A DNA stretch of 64,000 nt from assembly GCA_963781585.1 (NCBI GenBank), contig CAWAGQ010000005.1, positions 160,001 through 224,000 on the forward strand, in the 5' to 3' direction. The notes under the pieces are model-generated. The model was given only the letters and a program-made list of their open reading frames with translations. It had not been told where the DNA came from and searched no databases. The translations under genes and the position numbers were made by a program. This document shows positions 29,368 to 40,145 of this stretch, in pieces. Positions within the stretch are counted from its first letter, which is position 1; each line of letters starts with the position of its first letter. Origin of the DNA: an uncultured Gemmatimonadaceae bacterium. GTDB taxonomy: Bacteria; Gemmatimonadota; Gemmatimonadetes; Gemmatimonadales; Gemmatimonadaceae.

Positions 29368-31083
29368 CTATGGGTCGTGGGACCGGCCACCGGAGTTGCG
29401 CGACTGGTCCTGTTCGCCAACGCCGAGCGGCAGTTGCACCTCCACCCGCGTCCCCCTTCCCTCGCCACTCTCGATGTGCAGGAATCCGCCGTGCGCGACC
29501 GCAATCTGCCGCGCGATCGGGAGCCCCAGTCCCGTTCCCTCTTCTCTGGTTGAATAGAACGGATCGAGCACGCGATCGATCTGGTCGAGCGGTATGCCAT
29601 GACCGGTGTCCGCGACGACTACGTGGACGAACGACTCGTCCCGATCCACGGTGACCTGTGTTGATCCGCCAGCCGACAACGCCTGGGCGGAATTCAGGAA
29701 CAGGTTCAGGAACAGCTGCTCGAGCGCCAAGGCATCACCACGCACGATCACCGGCGCATCACCCGGGGCGCAATACAGGGCAGTGTCCCGCTCGGCAAAA
29801 GTGCACTCTGCGCCCCGCGCGGCGGCGAGCAGCACGTCGCGGAGATCGAGACGGCGTCGCGTTACTCTTCCTCCACGCGCGAGCCGTAACGAACTCGTCA
29901 CCGCACCGTCCAGCCGCCGCACCGAGGTGAGCGCGCGCTCGATCAACGCTCTGCTCTCGGTGTTGTCGCGCAGCTTCTCGTCCGCACGCTGCAGGTCCAC
30001 CCGAATCGAGGTCAGCGCATTGCGTACCTCATGCGACAGCGACGCCGCGTACTCCCCCACCGCCGCCAGCGCCTGACGCTGCGACAGGTCGCCCAGCGTC
30101 CGCCGCAGGCTCTCGGTCATGCGGTTGAATGCGCCGGCCACACGCCGCACTTCGGTGCTTCCCCGCGCCTCGACTCGGCCTTCCAGCTCGCCACCTGCCA
30201 CCGCATCCGCCGCGTCCGCCAGATTCTCGAGCGACGACGTGAGGCGCGTTGCCAGCCATGCCGTGAGCAGAATCGCCATCAGCGACGCGACCGCGACACT
30301 CATCACCCCGACGCGGGCCGCCGACTGAAATGGTGTCACATACCGCTCGCGCGGCCCGGCAACCACCAGATCGAGCGCCGGCTCCGCCATCACCTGCCGC
30401 ACCGCGATCCAGTCCTGGCCCGCGGCCGTGAATCGCTCGTGCCGGGTCAGCGAATCCGTGAACTCCGACGGCAGCAACCCGGATCCGGTACGACGGTCCA
30501 CCAGCTGCACCACCCCGCCGTTAGGCAGTCGCAGGGCCGTATCGGCCGGCAGGATGGCGCGCACCTGCACCAGCGCCGTCATTTCGCCGAGGGTGACGTG
30601 TTCGGACGATACCACCGGCAGACGCACCTGCATGCCCGCGGGCGCCACACCCGCACCGCTACGGCGCGAGGCATCCGCGGAATCTCCCGGTGTGGCATGC
30701 TGCAGCGTGAACACGACGTGTCCCGCAAGGTCGCGATACTCGGCCAGCGGAATGCCTGCGGACAAGGTAGCGAACAGCCGGCTGAGATACTGCGAGTCCG
30801 CCGTGGCCGGCGCGCCACCGCCTGCTGCGCTCAGGAGCCGCTGCGCCACCACGTTGCTCGCCAGGAGCCCAAGATCGGCGCGCCGGTACCCCCAGCGATC
30901 CTCGATCGCCGCCGCGATCCTCGCCCGTGATTCCTCCAGCTCCGAGCGCAGCAGCGATTCGCCCGCCCGCGAAATCGAGCTGGTCACAAAGAACCCGATC
31001 AGCGCGAGCGGCACCACCGCGGCCCCAAGCACGACCAGGATCACACGACCCCGGAGCGACCCGAACATCGCGCGCGGCGGCAT
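29368..31083 (-). CDS. HAMP-domain sensor histidine kinase
   Basis: Two TMs, HAMP, 'SHEVRNAL', 'DTGHGI', 'PFYST', 'GTGLGL'. Alternative start at 31143. Confidence 0.93.
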   Translation of the reverse strand: MPPRAMFGSLRGRVILVVLGAAVVPLALIGFFVTSSISRAGESLLRSELEESRARIAAAIEDRWGYRRADLGLLASNVVAQRLLSAAGGGAPATADSQYLSRLFATLSAGIPLAEYRDLAGHVVFTLQHATPGDSADASRRSGAGVAPAGMQVRLPVVSSEHVTLGEMTALVQVRAILPADTALRLPNGGVVQLVDRRTGSGLLPSEFTDSLTRHERFTAAGQDWIAVRQVMAEPALDLVVAGPRERYVTPFQSAARVGVMSVAVASLMAILLTAWLATRLTSSLENLADAADAVAGGELEGRVEARGSTEVRRVAGAFNRMTESLRRTLGDLSQRQALAAVGEYAASLSHEVRNALTSIRVDLQRADEKLRDNTESRALIERALTSVRRLDGAVTSSLRLARGGRVTRRRLDLRDVLLAAARGAECTFAERDTALYCAPGDAPVIVRGDALALEQLFLNLFLNSAQALSAGGSTQVTVDRDESFVHVVVADTGHGIPLDQIDRVLDPFYSTREEGTGLGLPIARQIAVAHGGFLHIESGEGRGTRVEVQLPLGVGEQDQSRNSGGRSHDP

Positions 31084-31154
31084 GACGGCCCCGCCACCGG
31101 TCCCTCCTCCTCCGGCGTCAGGCACGCCGCCTGGTCTCGTCATGACCCGGATGG

Positions 31155-32480
31155 CTATTCGAGGTCGTACTTCTCGAGAAGCCGGTTGAGCCGCGGACGC
31201 GACACGCCGAGCAGCTCGGCGGCTCGGGCCTTGTGCCCGCCCGTCGCCTCCATCACGCGTCGCACGTGCTCGCGCTCCACCTCGTTCAGCGCCGCGATCG
31301 GCGCCGCCTGCGCCTTGCGCGGCGACGCCATGCTCAGATGCTCGGGCCGGATTACTCCCCCGGACGCCACCACCACCGCGCGCGCCAGGCAGTTCTCCAG
31401 CTCCCGCACGTTGCCGGGCCAGTCGTACTCCATCAGCCGCGCGAGTGCCTCCCGCGACAGCACGGCCGGTGCCGCTGCCGACGCCGCGCTCAGCCGCCGG
31501 ATGAGCTCCTCGGCGAGCTGCGGAATGTCGGTCCGCCGCTCGCGGAGTGGCGGCAACGCGATCTCCACGACCCGCAGTCGGTAATACAGGTCCTCGCGGA
31601 ACGTGCCCTCGTCGAGCATCGCTTCCAGATCGCGATGAGTGGCTGCGATCACGCGCGCGTCGGTGCGCTCGCTCTTCTCCGCGCCTAACGGCTCGAACTC
31701 ATGGTCCTGGATGACCCGCAGCAACTTGGTCTGGAAGTCCGGCGAGGTATCCCCGATCTCGTCCAGGAAAATCGTGCCGCGGCCGGCCAGGGCGAACCGC
31801 CCCTTGCGCGCGTTCACCGCCCCGGTGAACGCGCCGCGGGTGTGACCGAACAGCTCCGACTCCAGCAGCGCGGTGGGAAGCGCGGTGCAATTCACCGGAA
31901 CGAACGGTTCGGCCGCCGCCGCCGAGTTGGCGTGGATGGCACGGGCGACCAGCTCCTTGCCGGTGCCGCTTTCGCCGCGAATCAGCACGGTGGCGCGCGT
32001 CGCTGCGGCCTGCCCGATCAGCTTGAACACCGCGATCATCTGGGGATCGTGCCCGGCAAGATCACCCAGCGCGAGCGAGCCCTCGGCGCGCACCGGGGCA
32101 CCGGCGCGCGTGCGCCGGTCCTCGAATACCCGGTCCATCACCCGCCGCAGCTGATGCAGGTCGAGCGGCTTGACGAGAAACTCGACTGCTCCTTCGCGCA
32201 TCGCCGACACCACCGTCGGCATGTCGTCATATGCCGTCATCAGGATCACGTCCACCGACGGTGCCCGTTCCCGCAGGAGGCGCAGGAACGAGACGCCGTC
32301 CAGGTGCGGCATCCGGACGTCGGAGAGGATGACGTCCGGCATTGCGGTCCCCAGCATCGTCAGGGCACCATGCGCACCCTCGGCGGTGCTGACGAGCGTG
32401 GACCCATTGTCGGCCAGCGCTTCGGCGAGCGAAGCGCGGATCGTTGCGTCATCGTCGACGATCAGAATGCGGCGCGGCAT
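31155..32480 (-). CDS. Sigma-54-dependent response regulator (NtrC/AtoC family)
   Basis: Receiver 'IVDDD...SDVRMP', 'GESGTGKE', 'GAFTGA', 'FLDEIG', 'WPGNVREL', Fis-type HTH. Confidence 0.96.
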   Translation of the reverse strand: MPRRILIVDDDATIRASLAEALADNGSTLVSTAEGAHGALTMLGTAMPDVILSDVRMPHLDGVSFLRLLRERAPSVDVILMTAYDDMPTVVSAMREGAVEFLVKPLDLHQLRRVMDRVFEDRRTRAGAPVRAEGSLALGDLAGHDPQMIAVFKLIGQAAATRATVLIRGESGTGKELVARAIHANSAAAAEPFVPVNCTALPTALLESELFGHTRGAFTGAVNARKGRFALAGRGTIFLDEIGDTSPDFQTKLLRVIQDHEFEPLGAEKSERTDARVIAATHRDLEAMLDEGTFREDLYYRLRVVEIALPPLRERRTDIPQLAEELIRRLSAASAAAPAVLSREALARLMEYDWPGNVRELENCLARAVVVASGGVIRPEHLSMASPRKAQAAPIAALNEVEREHVRRVMEATGGHKARAAELLGVSRPRLNRLLEKYDLE

Positions 32481-32492
32481 GGGCCCGTTGAA

Positions 32493-34331
32493 CTACGGTT
32501 TCGAAGCCTGACGCTTGAGGGGACTGAGATCGAGCTCGAAGATCGTGGAATTGGTGGGCCGCTGCGCCGTGTAGAGCACCGTGCGGCCATCTGGAGACAC
32601 TTCCATGTGGTCACCGGAAACCACGCCGGGCAGGGAAGCGATCTCCCGGGGTGCATCACCATTCAATGGTACCGAGAAAAGGCGCAGCGTCTTGTCGCCG
32701 GCATGGCGCCCGATCATGAGGACGTGACGGCCATCGGGATGAAACGGACCGAAGGGCTCTCCCGAGTTGACCGCTTCGAATGGGAGATCGACCGTGCGGA
32801 CGGAGTCGCCGCCTGCCGTCATCACCTGGATTCTGCCGCGGCGACCTTCACCGGCCGACAGCAGGAAAAGCAGGCGTGCGCCGTCCAGCGACGGGTGACC
32901 GGCAACAAGCGGCAGCGACACCGGCAGACGGGTGGTTGCGCCGCTTTCGACGTTGAAGACGTACTCGCCCTCGGCGGTGCCGAATTCCAGGAGCCCGTCC
33001 GTCATGAAGAACCCTCGCTTCGTCATCTGTGCGGGCAGCTCGCGCAAGGGGTGCTCGGCACCGTCCAGCGTGACCTCGAACACCGTGCGAATGCCGCCTT
33101 CGAACGCTCGCCAGAATCGAACGGCCTTCGAGTCGCGACGCCAGTGGATGGCGCCGAGCATCGCCGAGCCGGCGCTCAGAACGCGCGCTCGCCCTGTCGC
33201 GGCCTCCAGCAGGCCCAGTGCAGTGCGCCCGTCGGCCCACGTGACGATCCATCGCGAATCTGGTGACCAGCGCAACCGCGGCGAGCCTGGCGCGAACGGC
33301 AGCGCATATGTGCGAGGAACGGTGCCATCGGCATTCATCACGGTGATTGTGAACCGATCGCCGATTCGCGTCTCCACCGCAAGCTTGTGGCCATCCGGCG
33401 AGTAGTACGGTGTGCGCGAATCGGCGTCACCGGGAAGCAGTTTCCTGACGTTGCCAGTCGCCAGGTCGACCGCGACGACGGAGGTTGGCGTGGTGCCGGC
33501 AACCGCGAAGCGCCGCATTCGGCCTTGCACGGGATCGATTCTCGACCACGACCCGGGCTGGAGCGCGAACTGGCCGGTCTCTCCACTGGGACCCCGATAG
33601 CTCATGCGGCCTACCGCCTGATCACCTCGGACGGCATGATAGAACGTGAATTCGCCATCGTAGCTCGCACGCTGGCCCACCACGGCCGGGACCGACAAGA
33701 GCGTCTCGGGTTTCCCACCCTCGATCGACACGCGCTCCACGACTGAACCGGTCTTTGCCGTCGCGGGCAGGTGCGTATACAGATGCTTCCCGTCGGCGGT
33801 CCAGTCCACGTACGAGAGACTCAGCTCGTAGTGCGCGACGACCCGTTCCGGGCCTCCACTCGCGGGGACGATCGCCAAGTCATGGCTCTGTGACGCCGTA
33901 CCAACCACAAAGGCGATCATCTTCCCATCCGGGGAGAATCGCGGCTCATGCCCGGGGCTCACGCTCACCCGCTGCGCCGTTCCCCGCGCGGCGCCGGTCG
34001 CGGGATCCACCGGCAGCGTCCAGATGTGTGATGCGGTACCGTCTTCATTCTCACGGTCGAAGACGATGCGGTCGCCCTGGTACGAGACCGAGAAATCGTC
34101 GAATTCGCCGCGCGCCACGAAGGACGCTCGTTTGGCCGCGACGTTGAAGGCATACAACGTATCGTTGGTCACATAATACACCGCGCGCCCGTTAGGCATC
34201 GGCGCGAAGTCCCAGACTTCGACGCCGGGTAGCGAGGCAACCTCGCGCAGCACAGGCTTCTGCGCGCCTGCGGCGAGGGGGATCATGGCGCACACAAGCA
34301 TGATGGTGCGATTCACGGCTCGGGGCTTCAT
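32493..34331 (-). CDS. Secreted TolB-like / PD40 beta-propeller protein
   Basis: Signal peptide; repeated 'SPDG' motifs (FSPDGK, YSPDGH, WSPDSR, VSPDGR). Confidence 0.85.
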   Translation of the reverse strand: MKPRAVNRTIMLVCAMIPLAAGAQKPVLREVASLPGVEVWDFAPMPNGRAVYYVTNDTLYAFNVAAKRASFVARGEFDDFSVSYQGDRIVFDRENEDGTASHIWTLPVDPATGAARGTAQRVSVSPGHEPRFSPDGKMIAFVVGTASQSHDLAIVPASGGPERVVAHYELSLSYVDWTADGKHLYTHLPATAKTGSVVERVSIEGGKPETLLSVPAVVGQRASYDGEFTFYHAVRGDQAVGRMSYRGPSGETGQFALQPGSWSRIDPVQGRMRRFAVAGTTPTSVVAVDLATGNVRKLLPGDADSRTPYYSPDGHKLAVETRIGDRFTITVMNADGTVPRTYALPFAPGSPRLRWSPDSRWIVTWADGRTALGLLEAATGRARVLSAGSAMLGAIHWRRDSKAVRFWRAFEGGIRTVFEVTLDGAEHPLRELPAQMTKRGFFMTDGLLEFGTAEGEYVFNVESGATTRLPVSLPLVAGHPSLDGARLLFLLSAGEGRRGRIQVMTAGGDSVRTVDLPFEAVNSGEPFGPFHPDGRHVLMIGRHAGDKTLRLFSVPLNGDAPREIASLPGVVSGDHMEVSPDGRTVLYTAQRPTNSTIFELDLSPLKRQASKP

Positions 34332-34553
34332 GGGGGCTGCCTCCGGGGAGGGAATGAGCGCCCGGGGTTGGGCGCGTCGCTCCCTTCTCCCAGTCACGCC
34401 GCGTACCACCGTGGCGGCGCCACGTAACTTGCGGCCGGCACGTGTGTTGGAGAATACCGCGCCCGTTCGGCGCAGTGGGCTGGCGTCACGGTCCGTGTCG
34501 TTCGCCCGCGCCGGTCGTTACGCAGCCATCACGGGCGAGTGCGCGCCCTGCGG

Positions 34554-36641
34554 CTACTGGATCACCCGCGTCGGCACCGTCCGATTCGTGAACGTCCCGT
34601 CCCCCACGAACCCCTGTTCGTTGTCCCCCCAACAGTAGATTGCACCCGCCGTCGTCAGGCCGCACACCCCGATCGCGCCGGCCTGGATACTCGCCCACGT
34701 GCTCCCCGGCGGAGCCGCCAGCGGAGTGGGAACGTTAGTGTTCGGGCCACCGCCGTTCCCCAGTTGGCCGTAGGAATTCTGGCCCCAGCAGTACCCCTGT
34801 CCACCGCTCACGCCGCAGCCGACGAACACCCCGGCCGATATCATGCTCCATCCCACGACACCGGTCACCTGGACGGGCACGATGCTCACACCACCAGGTG
34901 CACTCCCGTCGCCCAACTGCCCGAACAGATCGCTCCCCCAGCAGTACGCCACCATTCCCGACGTGAGTCCGCACATCGTCCCGAATATCGACGTCAGGCT
35001 CGCGAACTGCAGCGGCGCCACGCCCGTCCCCTGCGTCTTCACGACAGCAAGCGAGCCGGTCTGCGTGCCGTCGCCCAGCATCCCGCCGGAGTTGTCGCCC
35101 CAGCAGTACACCGCACGCGTGGTGTTCACGATCCCGCAGGTCGCGAGCTCACTCGCTTCGACCGCGACGAACAACAGCGGCGCCACGCCGCTCCCCACCA
35201 CTTTCGTCGGAGTGCTGCGATCGGTGGTCGTGCCGTCGCCGAGTTGCCCGAAATCGTTACGCCCCCAGCAGTAGATCGCCTGATCGGTCGCCAGTCCACA
35301 GGTGTGATCGCCTCCCGCGCTGATCCGCGTGATCACCAGCCCGCCCGGCCCGGTCCCCGGCACCTTCGTCGGATTCGCCACGACCTGCGCGCCCGGCACC
35401 CCGGTCTCTCCGTTGAAGTTTGCGCCCCAGCAGTACACCGAGCCGTCGTTCACACGGCCGCACCCGTGCGCCTTTCCCAGATCCACCTGGATGTAGCGCT
35501 CCGTCTCGTTCATCATGTACGGCGCGGTTTCCACGTTCGCCGCCGCCGATGACCCGAGCTGGCCGTTGTAGTTCGGTCCCCAGCAGTACCACGCGTGTAC
35601 CGAGCGACCGCACGCGAACGCGATGCCAAACGTGTTGCTGCCGCCCGTAGCCACCGCATCGAACGTGGCGTGCGCGTCGAACGCCGCACTCTCGGCGTTC
35701 ACCGTCCCGGAGGTCGCCTTGAGCGTGTACCCCGGTCCCGGGTGACGCACCTTCACGTTGGTGAACGTGGCAACTCCATCGGGCAGCAGGGCCGTCGAGT
35801 TGATGTCGGCATCGAGCGTCCGTCCGTCTGCGAACGCATGTCCGATGCTCACGCTGACCGTGGCGCCGCCGACGGGATTGTCGTACGCGTCGAGCGCCTT
35901 GACCTTCACGTCAGGCATCGGATCGAGCACCTCCACGTCCACCGGCTGCGTCACCCAGGACAGATGCGCCACCGGACCGGCCACGATGTCGAACGCCTGG
36001 CTCGTCGCGTCCAGCAGCCCCGATGACGTTGCGGCCAGCGTATAGCCCGTGGCGGCCTTCGTCATCGACAATCCGGAAAACGTCGCCACGCCGCCCACGG
36101 CTTGCTGCATGGAAGTCCCACCGAGCGTGGCGCCGCCGGGATTGGCGCCGAGTGCCAGCGTCACCGTCGCGGTCGACGATGTCACCAGCACGTCCTGTGC
36201 ATCGCGCACCTCGACCTTGATCGCCGGCGCGATGTTTTGTCCTGCCGCCGTGGCCGATGGCTGTACTGAGAAGACGAGATGCGTGCCATTCAGCTGCACG
36301 GTGATCTGCGCCGAGCCGTTCTTGTTGTCGGCGGTTGCGGTGATGGTGGCCGTCCCCTCAGTGACCGCCGTGACCAGCCCGCCTGACGAGACCGTCGCCA
36401 CGCCCGTGGCTGAGGAACTCCACGAAAACACCTTGCCGGTCAAAACCGCGCCCTGCGCGTTCTTCGCCAGGGCGCCCAACTGCTGCGTGCCGCCGATCGT
36501 GGTGATCGTCGCCTGCGAGGGCGAGACGTCGACCGTGGCCACGGCATTGGCGTCGGGACCGGAGCCGCCGTCGCCATGCGAACACGCGGCGGCACAGAGC
36601 ACGAGGCTCGTTACGACAACCCGACTGGCGGACCGGATCAT
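34554..36641 (-). CDS. Lipoprotein with Big_2 domain and RCC1 repeats
   Basis: GGAG RBS, 'LCAAAC' lipobox, Big_2, and about seven 'YCWG.N..GQLG' RCC1/BLIP-II repeats. Confidence 0.9.
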   Translation of the reverse strand: MIRSASRVVVTSLVLCAAACSHGDGGSGPDANAVATVDVSPSQATITTIGGTQQLGALAKNAQGAVLTGKVFSWSSSATGVATVSSGGLVTAVTEGTATITATADNKNGSAQITVQLNGTHLVFSVQPSATAAGQNIAPAIKVEVRDAQDVLVTSSTATVTLALGANPGGATLGGTSMQQAVGGVATFSGLSMTKAATGYTLAATSSGLLDATSQAFDIVAGPVAHLSWVTQPVDVEVLDPMPDVKVKALDAYDNPVGGATVSVSIGHAFADGRTLDADINSTALLPDGVATFTNVKVRHPGPGYTLKATSGTVNAESAAFDAHATFDAVATGGSNTFGIAFACGRSVHAWYCWGPNYNGQLGSSAAANVETAPYMMNETERYIQVDLGKAHGCGRVNDGSVYCWGANFNGETGVPGAQVVANPTKVPGTGPGGLVITRISAGGDHTCGLATDQAIYCWGRNDFGQLGDGTTTDRSTPTKVVGSGVAPLLFVAVEASELATCGIVNTTRAVYCWGDNSGGMLGDGTQTGSLAVVKTQGTGVAPLQFASLTSIFGTMCGLTSGMVAYCWGSDLFGQLGDGSAPGGVSIVPVQVTGVVGWSMISAGVFVGCGVSGGQGYCWGQNSYGQLGNGGGPNTNVPTPLAAPPGSTWASIQAGAIGVCGLTTAGAIYCWGDNEQGFVGDGTFTNRTVPTRVIQ

Positions 36642-36746
36642 GGCACCCTCTCCTTTCGCGATATCGCGTCCAAGGTGGTTGAGCCCACGCCAATGATCAG
36701 TGTGCCCGGTCACCACCGGAGGTCCGGACACGGGCTGGTTCCTCCG

Positions 36747-36795
36747 CGCCGGCGAGGTGCCGGCAACGCCGGCAAGGTGCCGGTAACGCCGGCGA
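36747..36795. repeat. 20-bp direct repeat (about 2.5 copies) in a divergent intergenic region
   Basis: cgccggcgaggtgccggcaa / cgccggcaaggtgccggtaa / cgccggcga. Confidence 0.75.
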
Positions 36796-36985
36796 CATAT
36801 GTCACGAAGGTGCGCCGCGACATTCGGATATGATACCTCACCGACCCGCGATTCCCTGGTCGCCTGCAGCCTGAGGGGGCGAAACTGAGAATGACAAACA
36901 GGTATCGGGCCGTCCCCCGCGGCTTGTACTTCTCCGACGGCCGGTGCCATGTTGGTGTCGTCTTCCACACCCGAAGGAGCGGAAC

Positions 36986-39900
36986 GTGTTGAAACTCCCC
37001 CTGGCGCACCGTTCAGCCGGTCGCCCGTTCGCCTGGCCGGTGCTCGCACTCCTGGCCGCACTCCCGATCCTCCTCCCGCTGGCCTCCACGCCCGCCCAGG
37101 GCGGCGCGACCGCCGGTGCGCAGACCGCGCCGCTCACCGCCTCCAACGGCAAGAAGATCCTGACGGTCAACGACTACGCCCGGTGGCGCAACATCGAGGG
37201 CGCCCAGATCTCCGGCGACGGCAACTGGGTGGCCTACGTCCTCCGCTTGACCAATACGCTGCCTAACGACTCGAAGCCGGTGCTCCACGTCCTCAACCTC
37301 GCCTCCAACCAGGACGTGGCGATCACCAACGCGAGCAACCCGACGATCTCGCCGGACGCCCGGTGGATCGTCTACCAGGTGGATTCCATGCCGCCGCGAG
37401 GCGGACGCGGCGGACGCGGCGGTGCTCCCGGCGGGAATCCGCCCGGTGACACCACCGGCGTCACGCCCCCCACCGCACCGGCGCCCGCTCCCTCGCCCAC
37501 CCCCGGGGCACCGCCCGCCCAGGGCCGGGCCGGCGGCGCGGCCGGCCCCCAGCCCATCCACCGCATGGAGCTGCGTGAGCTCTCCACCGGCCGCACCCAG
37601 CGATGGCAGGACATGCAGTCCGCGATCTTTTCTGCGGCGTCCACCCACCTGCTGCTGCGTCGCCGCCCGGGAGGACCCACCGGCGGCCGCGGCGGACGCC
37701 CCGGCGGACCGGGCGGTCCGCCTAACGCCGGCGGCGGCGCGGGCAATGAAACCAACACCCCGGCCGGCACCGATGCCGTGCTGCACAACCTCACCACCGG
37801 ACGCAGCCAGTTTCTGGGCAGCGTGGGGGATGCTGCCTTCAATAGAAAAGGCGACCTGCTCGCCTACACGGTCGATGCCGCCGTCCGGGACGGCAACGGC
37901 GTCTTCGTGGTCGATCTCCACACCGGCGCCACCTTTCCGCTCGACAATGACGACCGGACCTACAACCATCTGGCGTGGAGCGACGACGGCTCGGGCCTGG
38001 CCGTGCTCAAGGGCAAGGCAGCCGACAAGATGCGTGAACGGCAGAACGTGCTGATGGTCTTCCCCGACCTCCGCAGCTCGTTAGGTGAACCGGAGCTGGC
38101 TCCGGCCATTCTCGACCCGGCGGCCGCACCCGACTTCCCGAAAGGATGGGTGGTGAGCGACCGCGCTCCGCTCTCCTGGAGCGAAGACAACAAGCGCGTC
38201 TTCTTCGGCGCCATGCCCGAGACGCCGGCCCAGGATACCACCCGGCGCCGCAGTACCGACTCCATCCCCGACGTGGACGTGTGGCGCACCCAGGACGAAC
38301 GCATCCAGTCGGTGCAGATGATCCGCGCCAACGCCGACCGGAATCTCACGTTCCGGCAGGCGTTCGACGTCGCCGCCGCGAAGTTCGTCGCGCTGTCCGA
38401 CTCCACCATGCGTGACCTCGAGGTCGCGCCCGACGGCCGCTGGGCGGTGGGCCGCGATCCGCGCCCCTATCATCTCCGACTACAAAGCCCCCGCAGCCGA
38501 CATCTATCGGGTGAATACATCGACCGGCGAGCGCACACTGATGCTCAAGGACCAGCTCACCGGACAGCACATCTTCGGGATCTCGCCCGACGGAAAGCAG
38601 TTCCTCTACTGGAAGGACGACAAGTTCCAGGCCTACGATCTCGACGCGGGGACATCGAGAACACTGGGAACCGGCGCACCGAGCTTCGTCGACGCGGACT
38701 ACGACCATCCGGGCCCCAGGCCATCCTATGGCCTCGAGGGCTACGCCAGCGACGGCAGCGGCGTCGTGGTCGCACACAAGTATGACCTCTGGCTCCTCCC
38801 CCTCGACGGCGCCGCGCCGGCACGGAATCTGACCAACGGCGTCGGCAGTCGCGGCGAGATCCGGTTCCGCTACGTCCGCACCGAACCGATCGACTCGATG
38901 GCCCCCCGGCGTGTCCGCACCGGTGACGAGATCGACCTGTCGAAACCGGTCACCCTCTCCGCGTACGGCGAGTACACCAAGAAGGCCGGCTTCTATCAGC
39001 TCGCCAACGGCCAGCTGAAGGAGATCGTCTACGACGACGCGGCCTTCAGCACGCCGAACCGCGCCACCCACGCCGACAAGTTCCTGTTCACCCGGCAGAC
39101 GTTCGTCGAATTCCCCGACCTCCGCGTCTCGGGGCCGGACTTCAAGGACGCCAAGAAGATCACCGACGCCAATCCCCAGCAGGCCGAATACAACTGGGGG
39201 CACCGCATCCTGTTCGACTTCAGGAACAAGGACGGCCGCCGGCTCCAGGGCATTCTCGCACTGCCTGACGACTACAAGCCGGGCGAGAAGCGCCCGATGA
39301 TCGTCAACTTCTACGAGAAGAACTCGCAGAACCTCCACCGCTACTCCGCGCCGTCGTTCCTCGCCAGCATGGGTTCGTCGCCGATCGAGGCGGTGAGCCG
39401 CGGGTATATCACGATGCTCCCCGACGTCTACTTCCACACCGGCATGTCCCACAGCGACATGCTCGATTGCGTCGAGGCCGCGACCCGGAAAGTGATCGAG
39501 ATGGGCTACGTCGATCCGAAGCACATCGGCATCAACGGCCACAGTTATGGTGGAGAGGGCGTGGCGTTCATCGGGACCCGTTCGCGCCTGTTCGCCGCGG
39601 TCGGCATGGGCGCCGGCGTGACCGACCTGTTCACCGACTTCAGCCAGAGCTGGGGATGGTCGTACCAGGTCACCGGCGGGAGCGGCGCCAACGGCAACCA
39701 GTACTATCTCTATGGCCAGGGACGGTGGGGCGTGTCGCCGTGGGACAAGCCCGAGCTGTTCCACTTCGAATCCGCCCTCACCCACGTCCGCGAGGTCACC
39801 GCGCCGTTCCTCATCATGCACGGCACCGCCGACCCCACCGTGTCGTTCAGCGAAGGGATGAATTTCTACAACGCCCTCCGCTACAACGGCAAGAACGCCA

Positions 39901-40076
39901 TCCTGCTCGCCTACCCCGGCGAGGGACACGGACTCCGCGGACTGGCGAACCGGAGAGATCTCACTATCCGGTTCTTCCAGTTCTTCGACCACTACCTCAA
40001 GGGCGCGCCCGCTCCGAAGTGGATGACCGACGAGATGCCGTTCCTCAGGAAGGACATGACGAAGGACCCCGGCTAG
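36986..40076 (+). CDS. Secreted S9 family peptidase (prolyl oligopeptidase-like; +1 frameshift near 38470)
   Basis: AGGAG RBS and GTG start; beta-propeller N-half; after the shift 'GHSYGG', 'HGTAD', 'EGHG'. Removing one base gives 'RDPRPYISDYKAP'. Confidence 0.92.
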
Positions 40077-40145
40077 CCGAAGATACCGGGGCATGATCGC
40101 GGAGCGAGTTGCTCGCCCCACTCGCTCCGCTGTCCGGGAGGCTCC

